A program made the position numbers and the translations under genes. DNA of 64,000 nt from Sphingopyxis sp. Lineage in GTDB: Bacteria; Pseudomonadota; Alphaproteobacteria; Sphingomonadales; Sphingomonadaceae. The DNA lies in contig JAGHZY010000016.1 of assembly GCA_017745175.1 (NCBI GenBank), forward strand, positions 17,105 through 81,104. Reading direction: 5' to 3'. The notes under the pieces were generated by a model, which saw nothing but the letters and a program-made list of their open reading frames with translations, was not told the origin of the DNA and searched no databases. Below, in pieces: positions 17,533-28,548 of the stretch. Each line of letters starts with the position of its first letter. Within the stretch, counting starts at the first letter, position 1.

Positions 17533-18234
17533 ATGCAACCGTTGTCGCTTCTGATCACGACCTGCGTCCTGTTCGTCGGGTCGCACCTCGTCCTGTCGCA
17601 CCCCTTGCGTGACGGGCTGGCGGGGCGGCTGGGCGAGCGGGGGTTCCAGATCACCTATTCGGTCGTCGCGATCGCGACATTCATCCTGATCGTGCAGGCG
17701 TGGCGCGGGATGCCGCCCGAGCCGCCGCTGTGGGCTGTCGACGATCCGCTGTGGATTCTGGCGTCGCTGATCGTGCTGGTCGCGAGCATATTGTTCATGG
17801 GCTCGCTGATCGGCAATCCGGCGCTGCCCGCGCCGCACGCCGCGCGCGATGCGGCCGCCGATCCGCGCGGGGTGTTCGCGATCACGCGGCACCCGATGAT
17901 GTGGGGTTTCGCGCTGTGGGCGCTCGCGCACGCGCTGGTGATGCCGACGCCGGGGCAGATCATATTGTCGGCGACGATCGCCTTTCTCGCGCTCGTCGGG
18001 TCGGCGGGGCAGGATGCGAAGAAGGCGCGGCTGATGGGCGACGCGTGGCGCGGCTGGGCGGCGCGGACGAGCTTTCTGCCCTATGCGCGGCAGGTCGGCG
18101 GCACGGCGCCATGGGGCGACACGATCCCGCGGCCGCACGCGCTGCTCGGCGGATTTGTGCTTTGGATTGCCGCGACCTGGGCGCATGGTGCGCTCGGTTA
18201 CATGGCCGCCGGAATCTGGCGCTGGATCGGATAG
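17533..18234 (+). CDS. NnrU family membrane protein
   Basis: 233-aa hydrophobic ORF. Motifs FVGSHLVLSHPLR and ITRHPMMWGFALWALAHAL are typical of NnrU. Confidence 0.7.
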   Translation: MQPLSLLITTCVLFVGSHLVLSHPLRDGLAGRLGERGFQITYSVVAIATFILIVQAWRGMPPEPPLWAVDDPLWILASLIVLVASILFMGSLIGNPALPAPHAARDAAADPRGVFAITRHPMMWGFALWALAHALVMPTPGQIILSATIAFLALVGSAGQDAKKARLMGDAWRGWAARTSFLPYARQVGGTAPWGDTIPRPHALLGGFVLWIAATWAHGALGYMAAGIWRWIG

Positions 18235-18241
18235 GAGCCGA

Positions 18242-18778
18242 ATGAACGCGGACACGCATCTCAACGATCTGTCGCTGCGATTGCTGGGCCGCGCCTTCGA
18301 CGATCTCGATCCCGAGGAAGGCCGTGTGGTGCAGGCGATCGCCAGGCGCGCGCCGAGCAGCCGTGACGCCGCCAATATGGGCGACGCACAGGCAAGCCAC
18401 GGCGACCGGCTCGCGGACAAGGTCGCCGCGGTCGGCGGTTCGTGGGGTTTCATCATCGTCTTCACGCTGGTGCTGCTTGGCTGGATGCTGCTCAATTCAG
18501 AGGTGCTGCAGCGCTTCGGGCTCGCGTTCGACCCTTATCCCTTCATCTTTCTCAATCTGATGCTCTCGACCCTCGCCGCGGTGCAGGCGCCGATCATCAT
18601 GATGAGCCAGAACCGGCAGGCGGCGAAGGACCGGCTGACCGCGAGCGTCGATTACGAGATCAACTTGCGCGCCGAGCTGGAGATCATGCGGCTGCACGAA
18701 AAGCTCGACCAGATGCGGATCAGCGAGCTGGCGGCGAAGGTTGATGAATTGTGTTCGCGGATGGACGCGAAGGGCTGA
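18242..18778 (+). CDS. DUF1003 domain-containing membrane protein
   Basis: ATG at 18242 (MNADTHLNDL...). Two TM segments are followed by VQAPIIMMSQNRQAAKDRLTASVDYEINLRAELEI, which is characteristic of DUF1003. Confidence 0.7.
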   Translation: MNADTHLNDLSLRLLGRAFDDLDPEEGRVVQAIARRAPSSRDAANMGDAQASHGDRLADKVAAVGGSWGFIIVFTLVLLGWMLLNSEVLQRFGLAFDPYPFIFLNLMLSTLAAVQAPIIMMSQNRQAAKDRLTASVDYEINLRAELEIMRLHEKLDQMRISELAAKVDELCSRMDAKG

Positions 18779-18787
18779 AAAACGACC

Positions 18788-19267
18788 TTATGTCCGTCCG
18801 GACCACGCGCTGCCCGCGATCGGGATCGGGCTTTGTTCCTTGACCTGCCGGATGATGACGAGCGTCTTGAAGCTTCGGACGCGGTCGTCGGCGGCGAAGA
18901 GTTCGCGGACCAGCGCGTCATAACCCTCCATATCCTGCGCGACCATGCGCAGCGCGATGTCGTGGTCGCCGGTGACGTTCCACGCCTCGATCACTTCGGG
19001 GACGCCCTCCAGCACCGCCATCATCTCGTCGACCGTGTGCGCGCCCTCGCGCTCGAGCGTGAGCAGGATGATCATCGACAGCGGCCAGCCGAGCGTTCGC
19101 GGTCGAACGACCGCGACTTCGCGCCGGATCATTCCCGACGCGCGGAGCTGGCGGATCCGGCGATAGCAGGCGGGCGCCGATAGGCCGATTTCGGCGGCCA
19201 TTTCGGGGACCGGCCGCGTCGAATCGGCCTGCATCAGGCGGAGCAGTTTGAGGTCGAAATCATCCAT
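18788..19267 (-). CDS. Lrp/AsnC family transcriptional regulator
   Basis: 159-aa ORF with HTH_AsnC (DDFDLKLLRLMQADSTRPVPEMAAEIGLSAPACYRRIRQLRASGMI) plus an AsnC ligand-binding domain. Divergent from an EamA exporter gene. Confidence 0.85.
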   Translation of the reverse strand: MDDFDLKLLRLMQADSTRPVPEMAAEIGLSAPACYRRIRQLRASGMIRREVAVVRPRTLGWPLSMIILLTLEREGAHTVDEMMAVLEGVPEVIEAWNVTGDHDIALRMVAQDMEGYDALVRELFAADDRVRSFKTLVIIRQVKEQSPIPIAGSAWSGRT

Positions 19268-19388
19268 GCGCGATTCCCTGTCACCGGAAACAGGCTATCA
19301 ATAATATTTATCGATAGGGCGTCAAATTCGATCACACTTATCGAGGCAAATCGGATAGCTCTCGCGCCGAAATCTGGTCGAGGAAGCC

Positions 19389-20300
19389 ATGACCGTCTCT
19401 GCTACCCCACGAATGAACGCCCGATCCGACCTGCCCGCGCTGGGCGCGCTCTTTCTGTCGCTGCTTTCGGTCACGGGCGGCGCGACGCTCGCGAAGAGCC
19501 TGTTCCCGGCGATCGGCCCCGAGGGAACCACCGCGCTGCGCCTGATTTTCGGCGCGATCCTGCTGTCCGCGATCCTGCGCCCGTGGCGACTGGACCTCAG
19601 GACCGGCTGGCGGTCGATCCTTGCCTATGGGCTGGTGCTGGGGGCGATGAACCTCAGCTTCTACAAGGCGCTCTCCTATATTCCGCTCGGCATCGCGATC
19701 GCGATCGAGTTTATCGGGCCGCTGAGCGTTGCCGTGCTGACGTCGCGTCGCCGCAGCGATTTCCTGTGGATCGGGATCGCGGTCGTCGGGCTCGGCCTGC
19801 TGCTGCCGCTGCAGGGCGGCGCGGCGCATCTCGACTGGCGCGGGATCGCGCTCGCGCTGTTCGCCGGGCTTTGCTGGGCAGCCTATATATTGATCGGGCG
19901 GCGCGCGGGCGCCGAACACGGCCCCGCGGCCGCCGCCGGCGGCGTGATCGTCGCGGCCATCGTCGCGGCGCCGATCGGGATCGCGCACGCCGGATCGGCG
20001 CTGCTCCAGCCCGAAATCCTTGCGATCGGTATCGGTGTGGGGCTGGTTTCGAGCGCAATACCCTATGGGCTCGAGATGATCGCGCTGCCGCGTCTGCCGT
20101 CGCACACCTTCGGTACCTTGCTCAGCGCCGAGCCCGCCGTCGGCGCGCTGATGGGCTTTCTTGTACTCGGCGAGCGGCTTGCGGCGATGCAATGGGCGGC
20201 GATCGGCCTGATTGTCTGCTCGTCGATCGGCGCCGCGATGAACGTGAAGGAGCATATCGCCGCCGAACCACCCTTCGACGGCGAACCGGCGGCCGGCTAG
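19389..20300 (+). CDS. EamA/DMT family transporter (RhtA-like exporter)
   Basis: 303-aa ORF with about 10 TM segments and a duplicated EamA pattern. Divergent from an Lrp/AsnC regulator. Confidence 0.75.
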   Translation: MTVSATPRMNARSDLPALGALFLSLLSVTGGATLAKSLFPAIGPEGTTALRLIFGAILLSAILRPWRLDLRTGWRSILAYGLVLGAMNLSFYKALSYIPLGIAIAIEFIGPLSVAVLTSRRRSDFLWIGIAVVGLGLLLPLQGGAAHLDWRGIALALFAGLCWAAYILIGRRAGAEHGPAAAAGGVIVAAIVAAPIGIAHAGSALLQPEILAIGIGVGLVSSAIPYGLEMIALPRLPSHTFGTLLSAEPAVGALMGFLVLGERLAAMQWAAIGLIVCSSIGAAMNVKEHIAAEPPFDGEPAAG

Positions 20301-21292
20301 AGCCGGACCATCCGCATGCCCATTTCGCCATAGCGCGGCCCGCTCGTCCCGCCCTTCGGCGCCGCCGTTTCGATCGCGGCGAGATCGTCGGCGGTCAGCG
20401 TGACCTCCGCCGCGGCGACGCTGTCTTCCATCGTCGCGCGGCGCTTGGTGCCGGGGATCGGGACGATGTCGGGGCCTTGCGCGAGCAGCCACGCCAGCGC
20501 GACCTGTGCTTTCGATACGCCATGCCTGTCCGCGACCGCGCCGATCGCATCGACGATCGCGAGGTTGGCGGGCAGATTTTCGTCCGAATAGCGCGGGTCG
20601 TTGCGGCGCCAGTCGGTTTCGGGAAGCTCGTCGCGGCTGCGCACCGCGCCCGCGAGGAAACCGCGGCCGAGCGGCGAATAGGGGACGAAGCCGATGCCGT
20701 GTTCGCGGCAGACCCCGAGGATCTCGTCCTCGATGTCGCGTTCCCAGATCGAATATTCGCTCTGCAGCGCGGTGATCGGCGCGGCCTTGGCGGCGCGGCG
20801 GATCGTCTCGGGGCCGGCTTCGGAGAGCGCGATGTGGCGGACCTTGCCCTCCTTCACCAGCTCCATCATGCCGCCGACGGTTTCCTCGATCGGCACCGAG
20901 GGGTCGACGCGGTGCTGGTAGAAAAGGTCGATCGTGTCGATGCCGAGCCGCTGGAGCGATCCCTCGCAGGCCGCGCGGGCGTTGGCGGGCGAGCCATCGA
21001 CGCCGGTGATCTGCTTGCCCTCGAAGCGGAAGCCGAACTTGGTCGCGATGACGAGGCCGTCGCGCTTGCCGCGGATCGCCTGCCCAAGCAGTTCCTCGTT
21101 GCTGAACGGGCCATAGATTTGCGCGGTGTCGAAGAAGGTGACGCCGAGGTCGATCGCGCGGTGGATCGTGCGCGTCGATTCATCGAGGTCGGCGGCTTCG
21201 CCATAGAGGATGTTGCCGCCCTTGATCATCGGCATGCAGCCGATGCCAATCGCCGACACTTCGAGGCCATGACCGAGCTTGCGATATTTCAT
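20297..21292 (-). CDS. aldo/keto reductase
   Basis: 331-aa ORF: [44 protein letters not shown]. Confidence 0.85.
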   Translation of the reverse strand: MKYRKLGHGLEVSAIGIGCMPMIKGGNILYGEAADLDESTRTIHRAIDLGVTFFDTAQIYGPFSNEELLGQAIRGKRDGLVIATKFGFRFEGKQITGVDGSPANARAACEGSLQRLGIDTIDLFYQHRVDPSVPIEETVGGMMELVKEGKVRHIALSEAGPETIRRAAKAAPITALQSEYSIWERDIEDEILGVCREHGIGFVPYSPLGRGFLAGAVRSRDELPETDWRRNDPRYSDENLPANLAIVDAIGAVADRHGVSKAQVALAWLLAQGPDIVPIPGTKRRATMEDSVAAAEVTLTADDLAAIETAAPKGGTSGPRYGEMGMRMVRL

Positions 21293-22581
21293 GATGCGAC
21301 TCCTGCGGGGGAACTATCATCTTCTACACCATCGGCGGCATATTTGGTCGCAGCGACGTCGCCGACGACATTGCCGAGCGTGCGGAAGATGTCGGGGAAG
21401 GTCTCGACCGCCACGAGCAACCCGAGCGGGGCGACGGGTACACCCATCGAGATCGCGATGGGCGCGATCGAGGTCACGAAGCTGATCGAGCCGGGCAGGC
21501 TGACCGACGAGAGTGCCGCGGCGAGCGCGACGCCGAGCCCGACGGCCATTTCGGGCCATGTCAGTTCGACGCCGAACAGCCACGCGATATAGACCACGAC
21601 GGCGAGGTTCATCGCGGGGCTGGTGAAGCGGAACAGCGCGACGGCGAGCGGCAGGACGATGTCGGCCTTCTTCGGGTCGACGCCGAGTTCGGCCGACGAT
21701 TTGAGCATCGCGGGCAGGCTGGCGAGCGAGCTTTGCGTACTCACCGCGACCGCAAAGGTCGGCACCATCGCGCGGACGAAGCGCGGCAGCGGCACGCCGA
21801 CGACGACCACCGCGAGGGCGACGCCGAGCAGGATCGTGCAGGTGCCGATCGCCGAAAGCATCAGCACATAGTGGACGAGACCACCGAAGGCGGCGACGCC
21901 GGCCTTGATCGCCAGCGCATAGCCGAGCGCGAACACGCCCAGCGGCGCGAGCGCGAGAACCCAGCCGATGACGACGAGCATCGCGTCGCCCAGCGCCTTG
22001 AAGAAGCCCGACAGCGTTGCGCGTTCGGCGTTGCCGATCCGGCCGATCGCAAAGGCGAAAATGGTGGTGAAGACGATCAGCGGCAGAATCGATGTTTCGG
22101 CGGCCGCGGCGATCGGATTGGTCGGGATGAGGCCGAGGATGAAATCGGTGAAGGTCGGCGTCGGCACCGCTTCGGTCGAGCCCCCGAGCCCGTGGCGCAG
22201 GCCTTCGGCTGCCGCGGCGGACATCGGGAAGGCGTGCAGCAGAAGCGGCAGCACCAGCAGGGTCATCAGCCCGGCGAGCAGATTTGCGCCGATGAAGATC
22301 GCGACCGCGCGCCCGGCGAGCTTGCCCGCCCGCGCCGCGTCGGCCGTAGCGGTGATGCCCGTGATCAGCAGCGCGACGATCAGCGGGATGATCGTCATCT
22401 TGAGCGCGTTGAGCCAGAGCAGGCCGATCCATTCGATATAGGGCAGCGACGCCGTGCCCCATTCGACCGAGATCATCTCGACCCCCACGCCGAGCAACAT
22501 GCCGGCGACGAGCGCCGAGAGAATGAACCAAGCGGATTTCAAAGCGGATTCTCCCGGCGTTTTTTCTGGCCTGCTTGCCAA
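21289..22581 (-). CDS. dicarboxylate/amino acid:cation symporter (DAACS family)
   Basis: 430-aa polytopic ORF. SSLASLP and the re-entrant-loop-like motifs PLGLLVAVETFPDIFRTLGNV fit GltP/DctA-type carriers. Confidence 0.75.
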   Translation of the reverse strand: MASRPEKTPGESALKSAWFILSALVAGMLLGVGVEMISVEWGTASLPYIEWIGLLWLNALKMTIIPLIVALLITGITATADAARAGKLAGRAVAIFIGANLLAGLMTLLVLPLLLHAFPMSAAAAEGLRHGLGGSTEAVPTPTFTDFILGLIPTNPIAAAAETSILPLIVFTTIFAFAIGRIGNAERATLSGFFKALGDAMLVVIGWVLALAPLGVFALGYALAIKAGVAAFGGLVHYVLMLSAIGTCTILLGVALAVVVVGVPLPRFVRAMVPTFAVAVSTQSSLASLPAMLKSSAELGVDPKKADIVLPLAVALFRFTSPAMNLAVVVYIAWLFGVELTWPEMAVGLGVALAAALSSVSLPGSISFVTSIAPIAISMGVPVAPLGLLVAVETFPDIFRTLGNVVGDVAATKYAADGVEDDSSPAGVAS

Positions 22582-22714
22582 GCAAAATTGGGTGACTTAG
22601 AGCATTTCCCGGAAGAAACGGGAACCGGTTTTTGGCCGGAAAATGCTCTGCGGGGGCCATCCCGCGGGTGCCGGGGCAGGCTTTGCTGCCACCGGATTAG
22701 GTAGCAGAGGGAAC

Positions 22715-24052
22715 ATGCGCAAGTTTTTCGGAACCGACGGGATTCGCGGGCTGACCAACAAGGCTCCGATGACGGCGGAGGTCGCGATGCGCGTCGGCAT
22801 GGCGGCGGGCGCGCACTTTCTGCGCGGCGGCCACAAGCACCGCGTCGTGATCGGCAAGGATACGCGCCTGTCGGGCTATATGCTCGAAAATGCGCTTGTC
22901 GCGGGTTTCACCAGCGTCGGCATGGATGTCGTGCAGGTCGGCCCGATGCCGACCCCCGCGATCGCGATGCTCACGCGTTCGATGCGCGCTGACCTTGGCG
23001 TGATGATCTCGGCGAGCCACAACCCGTTTCGCGACAACGGGATCAAGCTGTTCGGCCCCGACGGATATAAATTGTCCGATGAGGATGAGGCGCAGATCGA
23101 GCATCTGCTGACGCAGGAGCCCACGCTGGCCGATGCGGCGCATATCGGGCGCGCGAAACGCATCGACGACGCGCGCGGCCGTTACATCCACGCGGTGAAG
23201 CAGAGCCTGCCCGAATCGGTGCGCCTCGACGGGCTGCGCATCGTGCTCGATTGCGCCAACGGCGCAGCGTATAACAGCGCGCCGACGGTGTTCTGGGAGC
23301 TGGGCGCCGACGTGGTGGCGATCGGCGTCGAACCCAATGGCACCAATATCAACGACAAGTGCGGATCGACCGCGCCTGCCTTGCTGCAGGAAACGGTCGT
23401 CGCGAGCGGCGCCGATATCGGTATCGCGCTCGACGGTGACGCCGACCGGCTGATCGTCGTCGATGAAAAGGGAACGATCGTCGACGGCGACCAGATCATG
23501 GGGCTGATCGGCGCGAGCTGGGCGCGACAAGGCCGGCTGAAGGGCGGCGGCGTCGTCGCGACGGTGATGTCGAACCTCGGTCTCGAGCGTTTCCTCGAAG
23601 GCGAGGGGCTCCGGCTCGAACGCACCAAGGTCGGCGACCGCTACGTGCTCGAACGCATGAAGGAAGGCGGCTTCAACGTCGGCGGCGAGCAGTCGGGGCA
23701 CATGATCCTGTCGGATCATGCGACGACCGGCGACGGCACGCTCGCCGCGCTGCAGGTGCTCGCCGAGCTGGTCGCGGGCGGCAAGCCGGCGAGCGATCTG
23801 CTGCATCAGTTCGACCCCGTGCCGCAGCTTCTGAAGAATGTCCGCTTTGCGGGCGGAAAACCGCTCGAGCACAAGGATGTGATGGCTGCAATCGCCGAGG
23901 GCGAGGCGGCGCTGAACGGGCGCGGGCGCCTTGTCATCCGCCCCTCGGGCACCGAGCCGCTGATCCGCGTGATGGCCGAGGGCGACGACGCCGGGCAGGT
24001 CGAGCAGGTCGTCGACATGATCTGCGACGCGGTGCGCGCCGCGGCCGCCTGA
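22715..24052 (+). CDS. glmM: phosphoglucosamine mutase
   Basis: ATG at 22715 ([12 protein letters not shown]). Active-site loop [14 protein letters not shown]. Metal loop LDGDADR. 445 aa. Confidence 0.9.
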   Translation: MRKFFGTDGIRGLTNKAPMTAEVAMRVGMAAGAHFLRGGHKHRVVIGKDTRLSGYMLENALVAGFTSVGMDVVQVGPMPTPAIAMLTRSMRADLGVMISASHNPFRDNGIKLFGPDGYKLSDEDEAQIEHLLTQEPTLADAAHIGRAKRIDDARGRYIHAVKQSLPESVRLDGLRIVLDCANGAAYNSAPTVFWELGADVVAIGVEPNGTNINDKCGSTAPALLQETVVASGADIGIALDGDADRLIVVDEKGTIVDGDQIMGLIGASWARQGRLKGGGVVATVMSNLGLERFLEGEGLRLERTKVGDRYVLERMKEGGFNVGGEQSGHMILSDHATTGDGTLAALQVLAELVAGGKPASDLLHQFDPVPQLLKNVRFAGGKPLEHKDVMAAIAEGEAALNGRGRLVIRPSGTEPLIRVMAEGDDAGQVEQVVDMICDAVRAAAA

Positions 24053-24086
24053 CCATTTTATTTTCCGGAACCGAAAGAGACTCATC

Positions 24087-24311
24087 ATGCTTGAAATGCG
24101 ACCCGATTGTGAAAAGTGCGGACGCGATCTGCCGGCGAACCTGCACGGCGCCTTCATCTGCTCGTTCGAATGCACCTTCTGCGCCAATTGCGCCGACAAG
24201 CTCGACGAGATTTGTCCCAATTGCGGCGGCGACCTGCTCGACCGGCCGCTTCGCGAAGGGGCGGCGCTGGCCAAATTCCCCGCCTCGACGGAGCGGAAGC
24301 ACAAGGGGTGA
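24087..24311 (+). CDS. DUF1272 domain-containing (Cys-rich zinc-ribbon) protein
   Basis: 74 aa: MLEMRPDCEKCGRDLP ... CSFECTFCANCA ... CPNCGG. Confidence 0.7.
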   Translation: MLEMRPDCEKCGRDLPANLHGAFICSFECTFCANCADKLDEICPNCGGDLLDRPLREGAALAKFPASTERKHKG

Positions 24312-24324
24312 GTCCTTTTCCCCT

Positions 24325-24399
24325 TCGTCATGCCGGGCTTGATCCGGCATCACCCGCCGCCCGGTCGTCATGGACCCCGGATCAAGTCCGGGGTGACGA
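24325..24399. repeat. palindromic intergenic repeat, family 1 (degenerate unit plus consensus unit in inverted orientation)
   Basis: 24325-24353 is TCGTCATGCCGGGCTTGATCCGGCATCAC (degenerate). 24371-24399 is TGGACCCCGGATCAAGTCCGGGGTGACGA, the exact reverse complement of the unit at 11194-11222. Confidence 0.85.
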
Positions 24400-24417
24400 A
24401 ATATCCCGGGTGGTCCG

Positions 24418-25560
24418 ATGACCGCGCGCGTCCTGATTATCGCGGGATCGGATAGCGGCGGCGGCGCGGGCATCCAGGCCGATATCAAGGCGGTCACGAT
24501 GCTCGGCGGTCATGCGATGACGGCAATCACCGCGATCACCGCGCAGAATACGCTGGGGGTACAGGGTGTCCATGCGGTCCCGACCGCGATGGTGCTGGCG
24601 CAGATCGACAGCGTCGCGTCCGATATCGGCGTCGATGCGGTCAAGATCGGGATGATCGGCAGCGCCGAAACCGCCGCGGCGGTGGCGGAGCGGCTGACGC
24701 AGCCCGATCTGGCGCAGGCGGCGCTGGTGTTCGATCCGGTGATGGTCGCAACAAGCGGGTCGGTGCTCGCCGACGCGGCGACGATCGACGCGTTTCGCGC
24801 GCTGCTGAACCGCGCGATGGTCGCGACGCCGAACCTGCCCGAGCTCGATGCGCTTGGCGGCGAGGAAGCGGTGCTCGCGCACGGCTGCTCGTTGCTCGTG
24901 AAAGGCGGCCACGCCGACGGCGAGACGGTCACCGACCGGCTGCTCGAAACGGGCGAGGGCGAGGTCGCGCGCTGGGAAGCGCCGCGCATCGACACGCCGC
25001 ACAGCCACGGCACCGGCTGCACGCTTGCGAGCGCGATCGCGACGGGGCTGGCGCAGGGCATGCCGCTCGAACCCGCGATCGCGCGCGCGCGAGATTTCGT
25101 ACGCCTCTCGCTGCACGATGCGCCAGGGCTGGGGCAGGGGCATGGCCCGATGGGGCAGCAATATGTGCGCAACGACGGGCTGTTCACCGGCCCGGCGCTC
25201 AACCAGATTACGCTGCCCGCGAATGATTATGCGGTGTCGGTTGCGTTCTACAAACAGATGGGCCTGAAGCAGATCGTCGATAGTCCGGACAACGGATACG
25301 CGCGCTTCGAGGCCGCGAATGGCGTCACGCTGTCGATCCATGTCGGCGACGGCGCGGCGGGCGGGGCGACCGCCTATCTGGAGAGCGGCGCGCTCGATGC
25401 TTGGGTTGCGTATCTTGCGCGGCGCGGCGTGCGGTTCGACCAGATGCCGAAGGATGAGGAATGGGGCTGGCGCGAGGCGCGGCTGGCCGATCCCGCGGGC
25501 AATCGCCTGTGCCTGTATCAGGCGGCCGAATATCGGAGGTATCCGCCGTGGCGGATGTGA
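24418..25560 (+). CDS. thiD: hydroxymethylpyrimidine/phosphomethylpyrimidine kinase fused to a C-terminal glyoxalase/VOC-fold domain
   Basis: ThiD motifs IAGSDSGGGAGIQADIK, FDPVMVATSG and HGTGCTLASAIA lie in residues 1-~255. Residues ~261-380 (ITLPANDYAVSVAFYKQMGL ... ARLADPAGNRLCLYQ) look like a VOC/glyoxalase domain. Confidence 0.8.
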   Translation: MTARVLIIAGSDSGGGAGIQADIKAVTMLGGHAMTAITAITAQNTLGVQGVHAVPTAMVLAQIDSVASDIGVDAVKIGMIGSAETAAAVAERLTQPDLAQAALVFDPVMVATSGSVLADAATIDAFRALLNRAMVATPNLPELDALGGEEAVLAHGCSLLVKGGHADGETVTDRLLETGEGEVARWEAPRIDTPHSHGTGCTLASAIATGLAQGMPLEPAIARARDFVRLSLHDAPGLGQGHGPMGQQYVRNDGLFTGPALNQITLPANDYAVSVAFYKQMGLKQIVDSPDNGYARFEAANGVTLSIHVGDGAAGGATAYLESGALDAWVAYLARRGVRFDQMPKDEEWGWREARLADPAGNRLCLYQAAEYRRYPPWRM

Positions 25561-25562
25561 CT

Positions 25563-25658
25563 CCCCTCCCGCTTGCGGGAGGGGTCGGGGGAGGGCATGT
25601 TTCGACAATGCCGGACCTCGACAGGCCCTCCCCTAACCCCTTCCGCAAGCGGGAGGGG
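25563..25658. repeat. palindromic intergenic repeat, family 2 (two GC-rich hairpins)
   Basis: CCCCTCCCGC-tt-GCGGGAGGGG at 25563-25584 and CCCCTTCCGC-aa-GCGGGAGGGG at 25637-25658. The second is identical to the copy at 37117-37138. Confidence 0.85.
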
Positions 25659-25663
25659 GACAA

Positions 25664-26218
25664 GTGATCGTCGGGGTCGACGAGGCCGGACGCGGGCCGC
25701 TTGCCGGCCCGGTCGTCGCGGCGGCGGTGCTGCTGTGCGAGGGCGGCATTGCCGGGCTCGACGACAGCAAGAAACTGACGGCCAAGCGGCGCAGCGAACT
25801 CGAGATCGAGATCAAGGCGCGGTGCCGCTGGAGCGTCGGCGAGGCGAGCGTCGCCGAGATCGACCGCATCAACATATTGCAGGCGACCTTCCTCGCGATG
25901 ACGCGCGCGGTCGAGGCGCTCGGCTTCGACCCGCACGAGGTGCTCGTCGACGGCAACCGGCTGCCCAGGTGGCGTTATACGGCGCGCGCGATCATTGGCG
26001 GCGACGCACTCCATCCGTGCATCTCGGCGGCAAGCATCATCGCGAAGGAGCATCGCGACCGCTACATGGTCGCCGCGGCGCGCGACTATCCGGGCTTTGG
26101 CTGGGAAACCAACATGGGTTATGGTACCGCCCGGCATCTCGCGGCGCTGCGGCAGCACGGCCCGACGCCGCACCATCGGACCAGCTTTGCCCCGGTCGCA
26201 CAAATGCAGCTGGTCTGA
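25664..26218 (+). CDS. rnhB: ribonuclease HII
   Basis: 184 aa: [34 protein letters not shown]. Confidence 0.9.
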   Translation: MIVGVDEAGRGPLAGPVVAAAVLLCEGGIAGLDDSKKLTAKRRSELEIEIKARCRWSVGEASVAEIDRINILQATFLAMTRAVEALGFDPHEVLVDGNRLPRWRYTARAIIGGDALHPCISAASIIAKEHRDRYMVAAARDYPGFGWETNMGYGTARHLAALRQHGPTPHHRTSFAPVAQMQLV

Positions 26219-26243
26219 AACCCGAAAGCCGGAGGGGAAGGCG

Positions 26244-27120
26244 ATGAGCAGGGGATTTACGGCCGACGACGTGTCGGCCCAGACCGGCCGAACCTTTCTT
26301 GTTACCGGCGCCAATGCCGGGATCGGTTTCGAGGCCGCAAAGGTGCTGGCGGCGCGCGGTGCGCATGTGATCCTCGCCTGCCGCGATGCGGGCCGGGCCG
26401 AGGCGGCGATGAACCGGATCCGGGTCGATGTTCCGAAGGCCGAGCTGTCGTTCCAGCCGCTCGATCTCGCCGATCTCGACCAGGTGCGCGATGCGGCGAA
26501 AGCGGTGCTCGCGGGGCCGCGGATCGATGTGCTGGTCAATAATGCGGGCGTGATGATCCCGCCCAAAACGCTGACGAAACAGGGGTATGAGCTGCAGTTC
26601 GGGGTCAACCATCTCGGCACCTTCGCCTTGACCGGGCTGATCCATGGCCATGTCGACGATCGCATCGTCATCACCGGCAGCATCGCGCACAAGAACGGTG
26701 CGATGGATTACAGCGACCTGTCGGCGGCGCGCAGCTATCACAACTGGGCGCGCTACCAGATGAGCAAGCTCGCGAACCTGCTCCATATGTTCGAACTCGA
26801 CCGGCGGCTGAGCGCGGCAGGGCGCGCGACGCAGGCGATCGGATGCCATCCGGGGGTCGCGCTGACCGAGCTGACGCGACATTTGCCGCTGCCGCTGCGC
26901 ACGATGACGCCGCTCGCCGGTCCCTTCTTCAACAGCGCCGCGCAAGGCGCGTGGCCGACGCTGCAGGCGGCGACCGGCGCGCGGGTGCAGGGCGGCGACT
27001 ATCTGGGGCCGCAGGGGCTCGGCGAGATATCGGGGCGGTCGGGACCGGCGCGCGCGACGCATACCGCGCGCGACCCGAAACTCGCGCGCGAATTATGGCA
27101 GCGTTCGATCGGGCTGACCG

Positions 27121-27140
<20 letters not shown>
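26244..27140 (+). CDS. SDR family oxidoreductase
   Basis: ATG at 26244. Cofactor motif TGANAGIGF, NNAG, catalytic YQMSK. Confidence 0.85.
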
Positions 27141-28488
<1,348 letters not shown>

Positions 28489-28548
28489 CGGCGCCATAAT
28501 GAACAGGCCGCCCCCGCGAAGGCGGGGCGACGATGAAAGGGATGGGCG

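Noticed and set aside
19583-21592. 669-aa plus-strand ORF
   Set aside because: It runs out of frame through EamA and antisense through the aldo/keto reductase and the symporter. It has no motifs and an Arg/Ala-rich composition.
28505-28530. GC-rich imperfect hairpin after ccrM (ccgcccccgcgaaggcggggcg)
   Set aside because: The stem needs a bulge and there is no following T-tract, so there is not enough to call a terminator.
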